This document shows, one piece after another, positions 19,335-29,216 of a stretch of DNA of 64,000 nt. Each line of letters starts with the position of its first letter. Positions within the stretch are counted from its first letter, which is position 1. Made by a program: the position numbers and the translations under genes. The DNA is taken from assembly GCA_045807245.1 (NCBI GenBank), contig JBJMHS010000020.1, positions 1,662 to 65,661 on the forward strand, in the 5' to 3' direction. The DNA comes from Actinomycetales bacterium. Lineage in GTDB: Bacteria; Actinomycetota; Actinomycetes; Actinomycetales; CAVURS01. The notes beneath the pieces are model-generated. The model was not told the DNA's origin. It did not search any database and worked only from the letters and a program-made list of their open reading frames with translations.

Positions 19335-20455
19335 CCGCTCCGTCGTCGGTGCTGCTGGCCGGCGGCGGTTCGGCCGGCCACGTGTCGCCGCTCCTTTCGG
19401 TGGCCGATGCCCTGCGGCGCCGCTGGCCGGACGTGACGATCACGGCCCTCGGCACCGCCGAGGGGCTCGAGGTCCGGCTGGTGCCGGAGCACGGGTACCC
19501 CCTGCGCACCATCCCGCGCGTGCCGATGCCCCGCCGGCCCGACCTGAGCATGTTCCGCTTCCCGGGCGCGTTGTCGGCCGAGATCGGCGCGGCGGCCGAG
19601 GTCGTCCGGGACGTGCAGGCCGACGTCGTGGCCGGCTTCGGCGGGTACGTCTCCACCGCGGCGTACCTCGCGGCCCGCCGGCTGCGGCTGCCGTACGTCG
19701 TGCACGAGGCGAACACCCGGCCCGGCCTCGCGAACCGGCTGGGCGCGCGGTTCACGCCGTACGTCGCAACAACCTTCACCTCGACCCGGCTCCCGCACGC
19801 GGTGCGCACCGGTCTGCCACTGCGCCGCGAGATCAGCACGCTCGACCGCGCCGACCGCAGGCCCGTGGCGCAGGCCGCGTTCGGTCTGGACCCGGACCGG
19901 CCGACGCTGCTCGTCACCGGCGGCTCGCTCGGCGCCCAACGCCTGAACCAGGCGTTCGAGGCCTGCGTGCGCGACCTGCGCGCTGCGGGCGTCCAGGTCC
20001 TGCACCTGGCCGGCCTCGGCAAGGCGTTCGACCCAGGGCCCGGCGCGAAGGACGACCCCGCGTACCTGGTGCAGGAGTACTGCGACGACATGGCCGCGGC
20101 GTACAGCGCCGCCGACGCCGTCGTCTGCCGAGCCGGCGCGAACACGGTCTGCGAGCTCACGGCGGTGGGCTTGCCCGCTGTGTACGTCCCCTTGCCGATC
20201 GGGAACGGCGAGCAGAGGCTGAACGCCGAGCCGGTGGTCGCCGCCGGTGGCGGCCTGCTCGTCGCGGACGCGCAGTTCACCCCGGAGTGGGTCCGCGACA
20301 ACCTGCTGGGCTGGCTGTCCGACCGCGAAGGCTTGGTCGCCGCCGGCCGGGCTGCGGCCGCGTGGGGGGTCCGCGACGGCGACGAACGCGTCGCCGACCT
20401 GGTCGAGCAGGCGGCGTCCGGTCCCAAGGCGCTGGCCCGGCGAGGTCGTCGATGA
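19331..20455 (+). CDS. murG: Lipid II GlcNAc transferase
   Basis: GGGSAGH, HEAN, GGSLGA, RAGANT, EQRLNA. Confidence 0.96.
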   Translation: MTAPSSVLLAGGGSAGHVSPLLSVADALRRRWPDVTITALGTAEGLEVRLVPEHGYPLRTIPRVPMPRRPDLSMFRFPGALSAEIGAAAEVVRDVQADVVAGFGGYVSTAAYLAARRLRLPYVVHEANTRPGLANRLGARFTPYVATTFTSTRLPHAVRTGLPLRREISTLDRADRRPVAQAAFGLDPDRPTLLVTGGSLGAQRLNQAFEACVRDLRAAGVQVLHLAGLGKAFDPGPGAKDDPAYLVQEYCDDMAAAYSAADAVVCRAGANTVCELTAVGLPAVYVPLPIGNGEQRLNAEPVVAAGGGLLVADAQFTPEWVRDNLLGWLSDREGLVAAGRAAAAWGVRDGDERVADLVEQAASGPKALARRGRR

Positions 20456-21912
20456 GCCTTCCGATCGACCTGTCCCTCGACATCCCGCCGGCCGAGCTGC
20501 TCGGCCGGGTGCATTTCGTCGGCATCGGCGGCGCGGGGATGTCCGGCATCGCGCGGGTGTTCCTCGCCCGCGGCCTACCCGTGAGTGGCAGCGACGCCAA
20601 GGACTCCCGCACCATCACCGCCCTGCGGGCCGAAGGCGCGCGGATCGCGATCGGCCACGACGCCGTGAACATCGCCGCGGCACACACCGTCGTGGTCTCC
20701 AGCGCCGTCCGGGCGACGAACCCGGAGGTGGTTGCGGCCCGCGAGCGCGGGCTGCTGGTCATGCACAGGTCGCAGGCGCTGGTCTCGCTCATGCAGGGAC
20801 GCACCCGCGTCGCCGTGGCGGGCACGAACGGCAAGACCACGACGACGTCGATGCTCACGGTCGCGTTGCAGCGCGCCGGCGCGGATCCGTCGTTCGCGAT
20901 CGGCGGCGAGCTCACCGAGAGTGGCACGAACGCACACCACGGCACCGGACCGACGTTCGTCGCCGAGGCCGACGAGAGCGACGGGAGCTTCGTGCTCTAC
21001 CGGCCACACATCGCCGTCGTGACGAACGTGCAGCCGGACCACCTTGACCACTACGGGACGGCTGAGGCCGTCGAGCAGGCCTTCCTCGAGTTCGCCCGCG
21101 GCATCCCGCCGGACGGTGTCCTGGTCGCCTGCGCGGACGACGACGGCTCACGGCGGCTGGCCGGCGCCGCTGCCGATCTCGGGATCCGGGTGCTGACCTA
21201 TGGGCGCTCGCCCGACGCGGACGTCGTCGTGGAGCCGCTGGAGACGGCCGGAGCCGGCCAGGGCGGCTTCGCCCTGCGCGAGCCGACGGCGGACCCGGCG
21301 GTCGAGCCGGCCGTCGCCAAGCTCCTGGTGCCCGGGTGGCACAACGTGCTGAACGCCGCGGCCGCCTACACCGCGGCGACCCGCGGACTGGGCCTGGACC
21401 GAGTCGTGGTCCGCGGTGGCCTCGAGCAGTACACCGGCACCCGCCGCCGGTTCGAGCCGCGGGGCAGTGCGGCGGGCGTGCGGGTCGTGGACGACTACGC
21501 CCACAACCCGGGCAAGGTCGCGGCCGTCCTGCAGACCGCCCGATCGGTGGCGGCCGGTGGCCGGGTCGTCGTGGTCTTCCAACCGCACCTGTTCAGCCGG
21601 ACCCGAGACTTCGCCACCGACTTCGGGGCAGCGCTGGGCGCGGCCGACGAGGTCGTCGTCATGGATGTGTACGCCGCTCGCGAGGACCCGGTGCCGGGGG
21701 TCACGGGAGCGCTCGTGGCCGCGGCGGTGCCCCTGCCGGCGGACCACGTCGCGTTCGTGCCGTCCTGGTCGGCGGTGGCGGACGAGGTCGTCGCGCGGCT
21801 GCGCCCGGGCGACATCCTGCTGACCGTCGGTGCGGGCGACGTCACCCTGCTGGGTCCGGAGATCCTGGCCCGGCTGGAGTCCGCAGCCTCCGCGACGAGA
21901 GGCGCGCGATGA
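20452..21912 (+). CDS. murC: UDP-MurNAc:L-Ala ligase
   Basis: GIGGAGMSG, GTNGKTTT, EADESD, DDYAHNP, FQPHLFSRT. Confidence 0.96.
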   Translation: MSLPIDLSLDIPPAELLGRVHFVGIGGAGMSGIARVFLARGLPVSGSDAKDSRTITALRAEGARIAIGHDAVNIAAAHTVVVSSAVRATNPEVVAARERGLLVMHRSQALVSLMQGRTRVAVAGTNGKTTTTSMLTVALQRAGADPSFAIGGELTESGTNAHHGTGPTFVAEADESDGSFVLYRPHIAVVTNVQPDHLDHYGTAEAVEQAFLEFARGIPPDGVLVACADDDGSRRLAGAAADLGIRVLTYGRSPDADVVVEPLETAGAGQGGFALREPTADPAVEPAVAKLLVPGWHNVLNAAAAYTAATRGLGLDRVVVRGGLEQYTGTRRRFEPRGSAAGVRVVDDYAHNPGKVAAVLQTARSVAAGGRVVVVFQPHLFSRTRDFATDFGAALGAADEVVVMDVYAAREDPVPGVTGALVAAAVPLPADHVAFVPSWSAVADEVVARLRPGDILLTVGAGDVTLLGPEILARLESAASATRGAR

Positions 21913-22646
21913 GTACGACGGCGGCGCCGCCCCAGCTGCCCGGACAGCGGCGTTTCGCGCTGCGCGCCCGCGCCGTCCGGCGGGCGTCGTGGTGGTGGAA
22001 GCTCGGCGTACCGCTCGCCCTCCTGCTCGTCGCGGCCGGATGGTGGTTCGTCTGGTCCGGCCCGGTGCTCGTCCTCAAGACCGTGACGGTGCGCGGGGTG
22101 GCGCCGGCCGACATGGCGGACATCCGCACGGCCGCCGCCCTGCCGGTCGGCCGCCAGATGGTCCGGCTCGACCTGACCTCGGCGCGCGACCGCGTGGCTG
22201 CCATCCGCACGGTGCGCGCCGTGAGCGTGAGCCGGACATGGCCGTCCGCGGTCACGGTCACCGTCACCCTGCGGACCGCCGTCGCGGTGGTCAAGGACGC
22301 CGCCGGGCAGCTGCATCTGGCCGACAGCACCGGTACGACGTACGCCGAGGTGTCCTCCCCGCCGCGCGACCTGCCGCTGGTCGACGCTGACGCCTCGGAC
22401 CCGGCCGCGGTGCAGGCGGTCGTCGCGGTGCTGGCCGCACTGCCGCCCGGCGTTCGCGGCCAGATCAGCTCGGCGCAGGCGAGGAGCCCTGACTCCGTCG
22501 TCCTGACCCTCGGCCGCTCGACCGTGGCCTGGGGGAGTGCCGACGAGTCGGTGCTGAAAGCGTCGGTGCTGCAGACGTTGCGCAAGGCCAACCCGACGGC
22601 GCGGCACTTCGACCTGAGTGCCCCGCGGTCCCCCTCCGTGGGTTGA
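21909..22646 (+). CDS. ftsQ: Cell division protein FtsQ
   Basis: Single TM followed by a POTRA-like domain (VSRTWPSAVTV); located before ftsZ. Confidence 0.88.
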   Translation: MSTTAAPPQLPGQRRFALRARAVRRASWWWKLGVPLALLLVAAGWWFVWSGPVLVLKTVTVRGVAPADMADIRTAAALPVGRQMVRLDLTSARDRVAAIRTVRAVSVSRTWPSAVTVTVTLRTAVAVVKDAAGQLHLADSTGTTYAEVSSPPRDLPLVDADASDPAAVQAVVAVLAALPPGVRGQISSAQARSPDSVVLTLGRSTVAWGSADESVLKASVLQTLRKANPTARHFDLSAPRSPSVG

Positions 22647-22727
22647 TTCGGGAGCCGCGCAGGCTCGACACGCCGTCGTGGTCATTGATCCCCGGGACCA
22701 CCGCTCGTAACGTCCCTCCTGACGAGG

Positions 22728-22764
22728 TTGACATAACTATAACTCTCTACTTGAGGGTTATAGT
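22728..22764 (+). promoter_or_regulatory. ftsZ promoter region: TTGACA followed by a 29-bp palindrome (MerR-type/FtsR-like site)
   Basis: TTGACA at 22728; actataactctc-tactt-gagggttatagt (22736-22764, 1 mismatch). Confidence 0.7.
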
Positions 22765-22788
22765 CGCCGGAGCGAGAGGGCAGCTGAC

Positions 22789-24051
22789 GTGGCAGCACCG
22801 CAGAACTACCTGGCCGTGATCAAGGTCGTCGGGATCGGCGGCGGCGGCGTCAACGCGATCAACCGGATGATCGAGGTCGGCCTCAAGGGCGTCGAGTTCA
22901 TCGCGATCAACACCGATGCGCAGGCGCTGCTGATGAGCGACGCCGACGTCAAGCTCGATGTGGGCCGCGACCTGACCCGAGGGCTCGGCGCCGGCGCGGA
23001 CCCCGAGGTCGGCAAGAAGGCCGCCGAGGACCACATGGAGGAGATCGAGGAGGTCCTCAAGGGCGCCGACATGGTCTTCGTCACTGCCGGCGAGGGCGGC
23101 GGCACGGGGACCGGCGGCGCGCCCGTCGTCGCTCGCATCGCGCGGGCGATCGGCGCGCTCACCATCGGCGTCGTCACCCGTCCGTTCACCTTCGAGGGAC
23201 GGCGCCGGGCCGCGCAGGCCGAGACCGGCATCGCCGGCCTACGGGAGGAGGTCGACACACTGATCGTGATCCCCAACGACCGGCTGCTGTCGATCAGCGA
23301 CCGCGCGGTCAGCATGCTCGACGCCTTCCGCAGTGCCGACCAGGTGCTGCTGTCCGGTGTCCAGGGGATCACCGACCTGATCACGACCCCCGGGCTGATC
23401 AACCTCGACTTCGCCGACGTCAAGAGCGTCATGCAGGGTGCGGGCTCGGCGCTCATGGGCATCGGCTCTGCCCGCGGCGAGGACCGCGCGGTGCAGGCGG
23501 CAGAGCTGGCGATCTCCTCGCCGCTGCTCGAAGCCAGCATCGACGGCGCGCACGGCGTGCTGCTCTCGATCCAGGGCGGTTCGGACCTCGGGCTGTTCGA
23601 GATCAACGAGGCGGCCCGGCTGGTCCAGGAGGCCGCGCACCCGGAGGCAAACATCATCTTCGGCGCCGTCATCGACGACGCGCTCGGCGACGAGGTGCGG
23701 GTCACGGTCATCGCAGCCGGCTTCGACGGTGGCTCGCCCCAGCGGCGCCCGGACGAGCGCCGGCTGGGCCAGGTGGCCGAGGCGAGGTCGCACTCCATGG
23801 CCACCACGGGCGAGCAGCCGGCTGTGCCGGGCACCCCGGGCGGCGCGACGATCCTGCCGAGCGCGCCCGGCGAGGCCCAGGACCGAGGCGGAGCCGAGCA
23901 GCCCGCGACGCCGGAGCCGATCACGGTCTCCGACGACGAGGAGGTCGTCCTGGTCGACGACCCGAAGCAGCCGGTCCGCGTCGGCCGGCCACCGCGCGCC
24001 GCGACGTTCGACGACGGCGACGAGCTGGACGTGCCCGACTTCCTGAAGTGA
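22789..24051 (+). CDS. ftsZ: Cell division protein FtsZ
   Basis: GGGTGTG tubulin signature, NLDFADV, C-terminal LDVPDFLK. Confidence 0.99.
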   Translation: MAAPQNYLAVIKVVGIGGGGVNAINRMIEVGLKGVEFIAINTDAQALLMSDADVKLDVGRDLTRGLGAGADPEVGKKAAEDHMEEIEEVLKGADMVFVTAGEGGGTGTGGAPVVARIARAIGALTIGVVTRPFTFEGRRRAAQAETGIAGLREEVDTLIVIPNDRLLSISDRAVSMLDAFRSADQVLLSGVQGITDLITTPGLINLDFADVKSVMQGAGSALMGIGSARGEDRAVQAAELAISSPLLEASIDGAHGVLLSIQGGSDLGLFEINEAARLVQEAAHPEANIIFGAVIDDALGDEVRVTVIAAGFDGGSPQRRPDERRLGQVAEARSHSMATTGEQPAVPGTPGGATILPSAPGEAQDRGGAEQPATPEPITVSDDEEVVLVDDPKQPVRVGRPPRAATFDDGDELDVPDFLK

Positions 24052-24749
24052 CACCGACCGACCGCCCGGCCGAGCTCGCGGCGGGCCTGGCGCAGGTCGA
24101 GGAGCGGATCGCGGCCGCCTGCCGGGGCGCCGGCCGGGCGCGGGACGAAGTGCACCTGGTCGTTGTGACCAAGACCTTCCCCGCGTCGGACGTGCGGCTG
24201 CTCGCCGCTCTCGGGATCACCGACGTGGGGGAGAACCGCGACCAGGAGGCGGCGCCCAAGGCCGAGGAGTGCGCGGACCTGCCCTTGACGTGGCACTTCG
24301 TCGGCCGCCTGCAGTCGAACAAGGCCCGCTCCGTGGCGTCGTACGCGTCGGTCGTTCACTCGGTGGACCGGCCCAGTCTGGTGAGCGCTCTGTCCGGCGG
24401 TGCCGCGCGCGCCGGCCGGGTCGTGGGGGCGCTGGTCCAGGTCAGCCTGGATGGCGACCCGGCCCGTGGTGGCGTGCCCGTGGACGGGCTGCTGGATCTG
24501 TGCCGGGCGGTCGACGCGGCCGAGCATCTCGACCTGCGTGGGGTCATGGCGGTCGCTCCGCTGGGCGAGGATGCCACGGCGGCGTTCGCCCGTCTCGCGG
24601 CGGCAGCAGGTGAGGTTCGCCAAGAGCTTCCCCAGGCCAGCTGGGTCTCGGCCGGGATGAGCGAGGACCTCGAGGCGGCCGTCGGAGCCGGTGCGACACA
24701 CCTGCGTGTCGGGAGCGCGATCCTCGGTTCGCGGCCTCTGCTCGGGTAG
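24048..24749 (+). CDS. yggS: YggS family PLP homeostasis protein
   Basis: [41 protein letters not shown]. Confidence 0.93.
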   Translation: MTPTDRPAELAAGLAQVEERIAAACRGAGRARDEVHLVVVTKTFPASDVRLLAALGITDVGENRDQEAAPKAEECADLPLTWHFVGRLQSNKARSVASYASVVHSVDRPSLVSALSGGAARAGRVVGALVQVSLDGDPARGGVPVDGLLDLCRAVDAAEHLDLRGVMAVAPLGEDATAAFARLAAAAGEVRQELPQASWVSAGMSEDLEAAVGAGATHLRVGSAILGSRPLLG

Positions 24750-24845
24750 CGTCACAGTTGTGCCGCAGGTGGCTGGTGTGACCAGATGTGACTCTAGCGA
24801 CACCTGCAGCACCAAAGATCACGACGACCTGCTGAGGAGCTCGCG

Positions 24846-25316
24846 ATGGCGGGTGCGCTGAAGAAGACCATGGTCTATCTCGGACTGGCCGAGGACGAGC
24901 TCGACTACGACGAGTACGACGACTACGACGAGCCCGACGCCACGTCCCGGGACGGGCGCGAGGTTCGCGAGACGCGCGCCGCCGTCACGCCGATGCCACA
25001 GCGCCCGCACCTGTCGCGGGTCGGCTCGGGCGGCGAGCTGTCCCGGATCACCACGATCCACCCGCGCACCTACAACGAGGCGAAGACCATCGGCGAGCAC
25101 TTCCGGGAGGGTGTCCCGGTGATCATGAACCTCAGCGACATGAACGACGCGGACGCCAAGCGCCTGGTGGACTTCGGGGCGGGGCTCGTCTTCGGTCTGC
25201 GCGGGACGATCGAGCGGGTCACGAGCAAGGTGTTCCTGCTCTCGCCCGAGCACGTCGAGGTGAGCAGCGAGGAGAACGAGACGGTCGGCACCCGGACGAT
25301 CTTCAACCAGAGCTAG
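24846..25316 (+). CDS. sepF: Cell division protein SepF
   Basis: MVYLGL N-terminus; [27 protein letters not shown]. Confidence 0.95.
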   Translation: MAGALKKTMVYLGLAEDELDYDEYDDYDEPDATSRDGREVRETRAAVTPMPQRPHLSRVGSGGELSRITTIHPRTYNEAKTIGEHFREGVPVIMNLSDMNDADAKRLVDFGAGLVFGLRGTIERVTSKVFLLSPEHVEVSSEENETVGTRTIFNQS

Positions 25317-25327
25317 CCTGTACCGCT

Positions 25328-25621
25328 GTGAAGGCGGTCTGGCAGATATGTGACCTCGTCGTCTTCCTCTTCCTGATCCTGCTGATCGGCCGCTTCGTCC
25401 TCGAGCTGGTCCAGAGTTTCGCCCGTGACTGGCGCCCGCGCGGGATCGTTCTTGTGCTGGCCGAGATCGTCTACACGGTCACCGATCCACCCCTGCGCCT
25501 CATCCGCCGGCTCATCCCGCCGATCCGCCTCGGCGGGTTCGCGCTCGACCTGGGCCTGCTGATCCTGTTCATCCTGACCACCGTGCTGCTTTCCGTCTTC
25601 GGATCCCTGAGCCGGGCCTGA
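25328..25621 (+). CDS. YggT family membrane protein
   Basis: YTVTDPPLRLIRRLIPPIRLGG..LDL; located between sepF and divIVA. Confidence 0.9.
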   Translation: MKAVWQICDLVVFLFLILLIGRFVLELVQSFARDWRPRGIVLVLAEIVYTVTDPPLRLIRRLIPPIRLGGFALDLGLLILFILTTVLLSVFGSLSRA

Positions 25622-25729
25622 GCCCTGCTGCACGACGCGCCCGGCGCGCCCCGGTGCCGCGCGTACCGGTGCCCGCCCGGGATTCGCTACGGTGAGTCCG
25701 CCCGCCCGACATGCTGACGAGGTGACGAG

Positions 25730-26512
25730 ATGCCGTTGACTCCCGACGAGGTCGTGAACAAGCGCTTCAGCGCGACCAAGTTCCGCCAGGGATACGACGA
25801 GGAAGAGGTCGACGAGTTCCTCGACGAGGTCGTCGCCGAGCTGCGTCGGCTCACCTCGGACAACGAGGACCTGAAGGGCAAGCTCGCCGCTTGCGAGCGC
25901 CGCGTCAGCGAGCTGACCCGCGGTGGCGCCAGTGTCAGCCAGTCGGTGCCGCCACCCGCACCAGCGCCCGCTCCCGAGCCCGAGCCGGTCGCCGCCCCGG
26001 CCCCGGTCCCCGAGCCGGAGCCGGAGCCGGCTCCCCCGCTGCCGGTCCCGGCGCCCGTGGCCGCGCAGATGGGCTCCACCGGCCCCGAAGGTGCCGCCGG
26101 CATGCTGGCGCTGGCCCAGAAGCTGCACGACGAGCACGTCGAGGCGGGACGCAGCGAGGGCGCCAAGATCGTCAACGAGGCCAAGGAGCACGCCGACCGG
26201 CTGGTCCGGGAGGCGGAGGAGAAGCAGCGCCGGACCCTCGGCAACCTGGAGCAGGAGCGGGCGGTGCTCGAGCGCAAGGTCGAGGAGCTGCGCGCGTTCG
26301 AGCGTGACTACCGACGCCGGCTCAAGGCCTACCTGGAAGGTCAGCTGCGTGACCTGGAGGCGCTGCCCTCGGCCAGCGAGGGCGGGGACGGCAGTGGACA
26401 GCCGGAGCAGGTGGGCGGCGGGTCTCCGCTGCCGACGCGCTCCAGCGCGCACCAGCAGGCCGACTCGGGGGACGGCAACGCCGAGCCGCCACGGTTCCCG
26501 TTCGGCAACTAG
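25730..26512 (+). CDS. divIVA: DivIVA/Wag31 polar growth protein
   Basis: MPLTPDEV.NKRF...GYDEEEVDEFLD; C-terminal FERDYRRRLKAYLE. Confidence 0.95.
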   Translation: MPLTPDEVVNKRFSATKFRQGYDEEEVDEFLDEVVAELRRLTSDNEDLKGKLAACERRVSELTRGGASVSQSVPPPAPAPAPEPEPVAAPAPVPEPEPEPAPPLPVPAPVAAQMGSTGPEGAAGMLALAQKLHDEHVEAGRSEGAKIVNEAKEHADRLVREAEEKQRRTLGNLEQERAVLERKVEELRAFERDYRRRLKAYLEGQLRDLEALPSASEGGDGSGQPEQVGGGSPLPTRSSAHQQADSGDGNAEPPRFPFGN

Positions 26513-26563
26513 GCAGGAGTCGGGTCGGGCGGGCAGCCAGGTACCGGTCAGCGAACGCAGGGT

Positions 26564-26593
26564 GAGGCCGCCGGGGTTCTCCCCGGCGGCCTC
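26564..26593 (+). terminator. Hairpin terminator after divIVA
   Basis: gaggccgccgggg-ttct-ccccggcggcctc, a perfect 13-bp stem. Confidence 0.75.
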
Positions 26594-26712
26594 CGCTACT
26601 GTGTGTGACCGCGCCGGCGGCGCGCCACATTGAGCGGCGCGCTCCCCGGCGCCTATCCTGCCCGCACCCGGCCTGTCGGCCGTCGCATGAGGACCTCGAA
26701 GGGACCGCGGAC

Positions 26713-27693
26713 ATGGCCAGCAGGACGAGCGAGGCAGTGCGCCGGTCCCGGGTAGCCCCGGCGAACCAGCTGGCACCGGTCGGTACGACGCTCGCCGCCA
26801 CCGCGCGGTCGGCCGCGAAGACCGCCAAGAGCACAGTCAAGGCGGCTGTAAAACCCTCGGCGAAGCGGGTCGCCGCGTCGACAGCGAAGGCCACCACTCG
26901 CAAGCCCGCCGCCACCAAGGCTGCGGCCAAGACGGCGGCCAAGAAGACGACGGCCAAGAAGACGACGGTCAAGAACACGACGGCCAAGAACACGACGGCC
27001 AAGAAGGCGCCGGCCAAGAAGATCGCGGCGAAGGCGCCGGTCAAGAGTGTGGGCAACAAGGCCGCTGCGAAGAAGGCCGCCGCCAAGAAGGTCGCGGTGA
27101 AGGCGCCGGCCAAGAAGACTGTCGCCGACAAGCCAGCTGCGCACAAGGTCGCGGCGAAGGCGCCGGCCAAGAAGCTCGCGGCGAAGGCGCCGGCCAAGAA
27201 GCTCGCGGCGAAGGCGCCGGCCACCAAGGTCGTGGCGAAGGGTCCGCCCAGCACGGCGACCGCGCCGCCCGCCCAGGCGCCGACCAAGCCTGCCACGGCG
27301 CGACGCCTGGCCGTCCGCGAGGACGAGTCGCCGTGGACGACCAAGGAGCTGAACGTCGTACGGGCCGAGCTGCAGGCCGACATCGACCGGCTGCAGACCG
27401 AGATCAGCAACGCCGAGCAGGACCTGGCCGACCTGCTGCGCGACTCCGGCGACGGCGCGGGTGACGACCAGGCCGACGCGGGAGCCAAGACCTTCGAGCG
27501 CGAGCAGGAGATCTCGCTGGCGAACAACTCCCGGGAGCTGCTGCTGCAGAGCCAGCGTGCCCTGGCGCGGATCGAGGACGGCACCTACGGCATCTGCGAG
27601 ATCTGCGGCAACCCGATCGGCAAGCTCCGGCTGCAAGCCTTCCCGCGGGCCACGCTGTGTGTCGCCGACAAGCAGCGCCAGGAGCGTCGCTGA
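26713..27693 (+). CDS. TraR/DksA family protein with Ala/Lys-rich histone-like N-terminus
   Basis: DDQADAG coiled-coil tip; GTYGICEICG.PI...RL.A.P.ATLCV.D zinc-finger region. Confidence 0.9.
   Translation: MASRTSEAVRRSRVAPANQLAPVGTTLAATARSAAKTAKSTVKAAVKPSAKRVAASTAKATTRKPAATKAAAKTAAKKTTAKKTTVKNTTAKNTTAKKAPAKKIAAKAPVKSVGNKAAAKKAAAKKVAVKAPAKKTVADKPAAHKVAAKAPAKKLAAKAPAKKLAAKAPATKVVAKGPPSTATAPPAQAPTKPATARRLAVREDESPWTTKELNVVRAELQADIDRLQTEISNAEQDLADLLRDSGDGAGDDQADAGAKTFEREQEISLANNSRELLLQSQRALARIEDGTYGICEICGNPIGKLRLQAFPRATLCVADKQRQERR
26930..27225 (+). repeat. Coding tandem repeats (15-bp KKTTA units and 27-bp AAKAPAKKL units)
   Basis: aagacgacggccaag-like units; gcggcgaaggcgccggccaagaagctc twice plus a partial copy from 27151. 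Confidence 0.8.
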
Positions 27694-27767
27694 TCACCGA
27701 GCCGACGCACGAACCCACCGGCGAGCCGGTGAGCGAGCCGACCGAGCTGGACCACGGAACGCGAGCC

Positions 27768-28283
27768 ATGTCGGACGAGCCTGATCATCGTGATCGGTCT
27801 CGCCGGCTCTTGGCGCTCGTGGCGCTGGTGGCCGTGGTCGTCCTGGCTCTGGACCAGCTCACCAAGGCGCTGGTCGTGGCCGACCTCGGCGAGGGGGAGC
27901 GGCGCGACCTCGTGGGGTCCCTGCTCCGACTGCACCTGACCCGCAACGCCGGCGCGGCGTTCTCGACCGCCACCGGCATGACGTGGGTGCTCACCGTCAT
28001 CGCGGCCGTCGTCGTGGTCGTGGTGGTCCGCGTGGCCAGCCGGCTGCAGAGCCGGGTCTGGGCCTTGACGCTCGGCCTGCTGCTCGGCGGCGCGTTGGGC
28101 AACCTGACGGACCGGCTGTTCCGGGCCCCCGGTGTGGCCCGAGGTCACGTCGTCGACTTCCTGGAGCTGCCGCACTGGCCGATCTTCAACGTGGCCGACT
28201 CCGCCATCGTCACGGCAGGCATCCTGGTCGTGCTGCTGACGCTGCTGGGCGTCGGGCTCGACCCGGACGGCCAGCATGGCTGA
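27768..28283 (+). CDS. lspA: Lipoprotein signal peptidase II (start may lie further upstream)
   Basis: [31 protein letters not shown]. Confidence 0.93.
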   Translation: MSDEPDHRDRSRRLLALVALVAVVVLALDQLTKALVVADLGEGERRDLVGSLLRLHLTRNAGAAFSTATGMTWVLTVIAAVVVVVVVRVASRLQSRVWALTLGLLLGGALGNLTDRLFRAPGVARGHVVDFLELPHWPIFNVADSAIVTAGILVVLLTLLGVGLDPDGQHG

Positions 28284-29211
28284 GGTCCGGTCCGTGCCGG
28301 TGCCGGACGGCCTCGCCGGTGAGCGGGTCGACGTCGCGCTGACCCGGTTGTTCGGGCTGTCGCGGACCAAGGCCGCGGACCTGGTTGCCGCCGGGGCGGT
28401 GCAGGTCGACGGGGTCTCGCCCGCGAAGTCCGACCGGGTCCAGGCCGGGTCATGGCTCGAGGTGGCCCTGCCCGACCCGCCCGGTCCGGTCCAGATGCGC
28501 CCCGAGGCCGTGGACGGCCTGGTCGTCGTGCACCAGGACGACGACCTGGTCGTCGTCGACAAGCCGGTGGGCGTGGCCGCGCACCCGAGCCCGGGCTGGA
28601 GCGGACCCACCGTCATCGGCGGTCTGGCCGCAGCCGGGGTCCGGGTGGGGACTTCGGGCGCCGCCGAGCGGCAGGGCGTCGTCCACCGGCTGGACGTCGG
28701 AACCAGCGGGCTCATGGTCGTGGCCAAGAGCGAGCGGGCGTACAGCGTGCTGAAGCGGGCCTTCCGCGAACGGACGGTCGACAAGACCTATCACGCACTC
28801 GTCCAGGGCCACCCCGACCCGAGCCGCGGCACGATCGACGCGCCGGTTGGCCGCCATCCGGTCCACGACCACCGGTGGGCAGTCGTGGCGGAGGGCAAGG
28901 AGAGCATCACCCACTACGAGACCATCGAGGCCCACGCCGCGGCCTCACTCGTGGAGATCCACCTGGAGACCGGCCGCACGCATCAGATCCGCGTGCACTT
29001 CTCCGCGCTGCGCCATCCCTGCGTCGGCGACCTCACGTACGGCGCGGACCCGACATTGGCCGAGCGGCTCGGGCTGCACCGTCAGTGGCTGCACGCCGTA
29101 GGCCTCTCGTTCGACCATCCGGCGACCGGTGAACGGGTCACCTACTCCAGCGCGTACCCAGCCGACCTCGCGCACGCTCTGGACGTGGTGCGGGGCGCGG
29201 ACCCAGGGTAG
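28276..29211 (+). CDS. rluD: RluA/RluD family pseudouridine synthase
   Basis: S4 domain, [28 protein letters not shown]. Confidence 0.9.
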   Translation: MAEVRSVPVPDGLAGERVDVALTRLFGLSRTKAADLVAAGAVQVDGVSPAKSDRVQAGSWLEVALPDPPGPVQMRPEAVDGLVVVHQDDDLVVVDKPVGVAAHPSPGWSGPTVIGGLAAAGVRVGTSGAAERQGVVHRLDVGTSGLMVVAKSERAYSVLKRAFRERTVDKTYHALVQGHPDPSRGTIDAPVGRHPVHDHRWAVVAEGKESITHYETIEAHAAASLVEIHLETGRTHQIRVHFSALRHPCVGDLTYGADPTLAERLGLHRQWLHAVGLSFDHPATGERVTYSSAYPADLAHALDVVRGADPG

Positions 29212-29216
29212 GCACC

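Noticed and set aside
26930-27225. Tandem repeats as a possible CRISPR array
   Set aside because: They are in-frame coding repeats with no unique spacers, and there are no cas genes.
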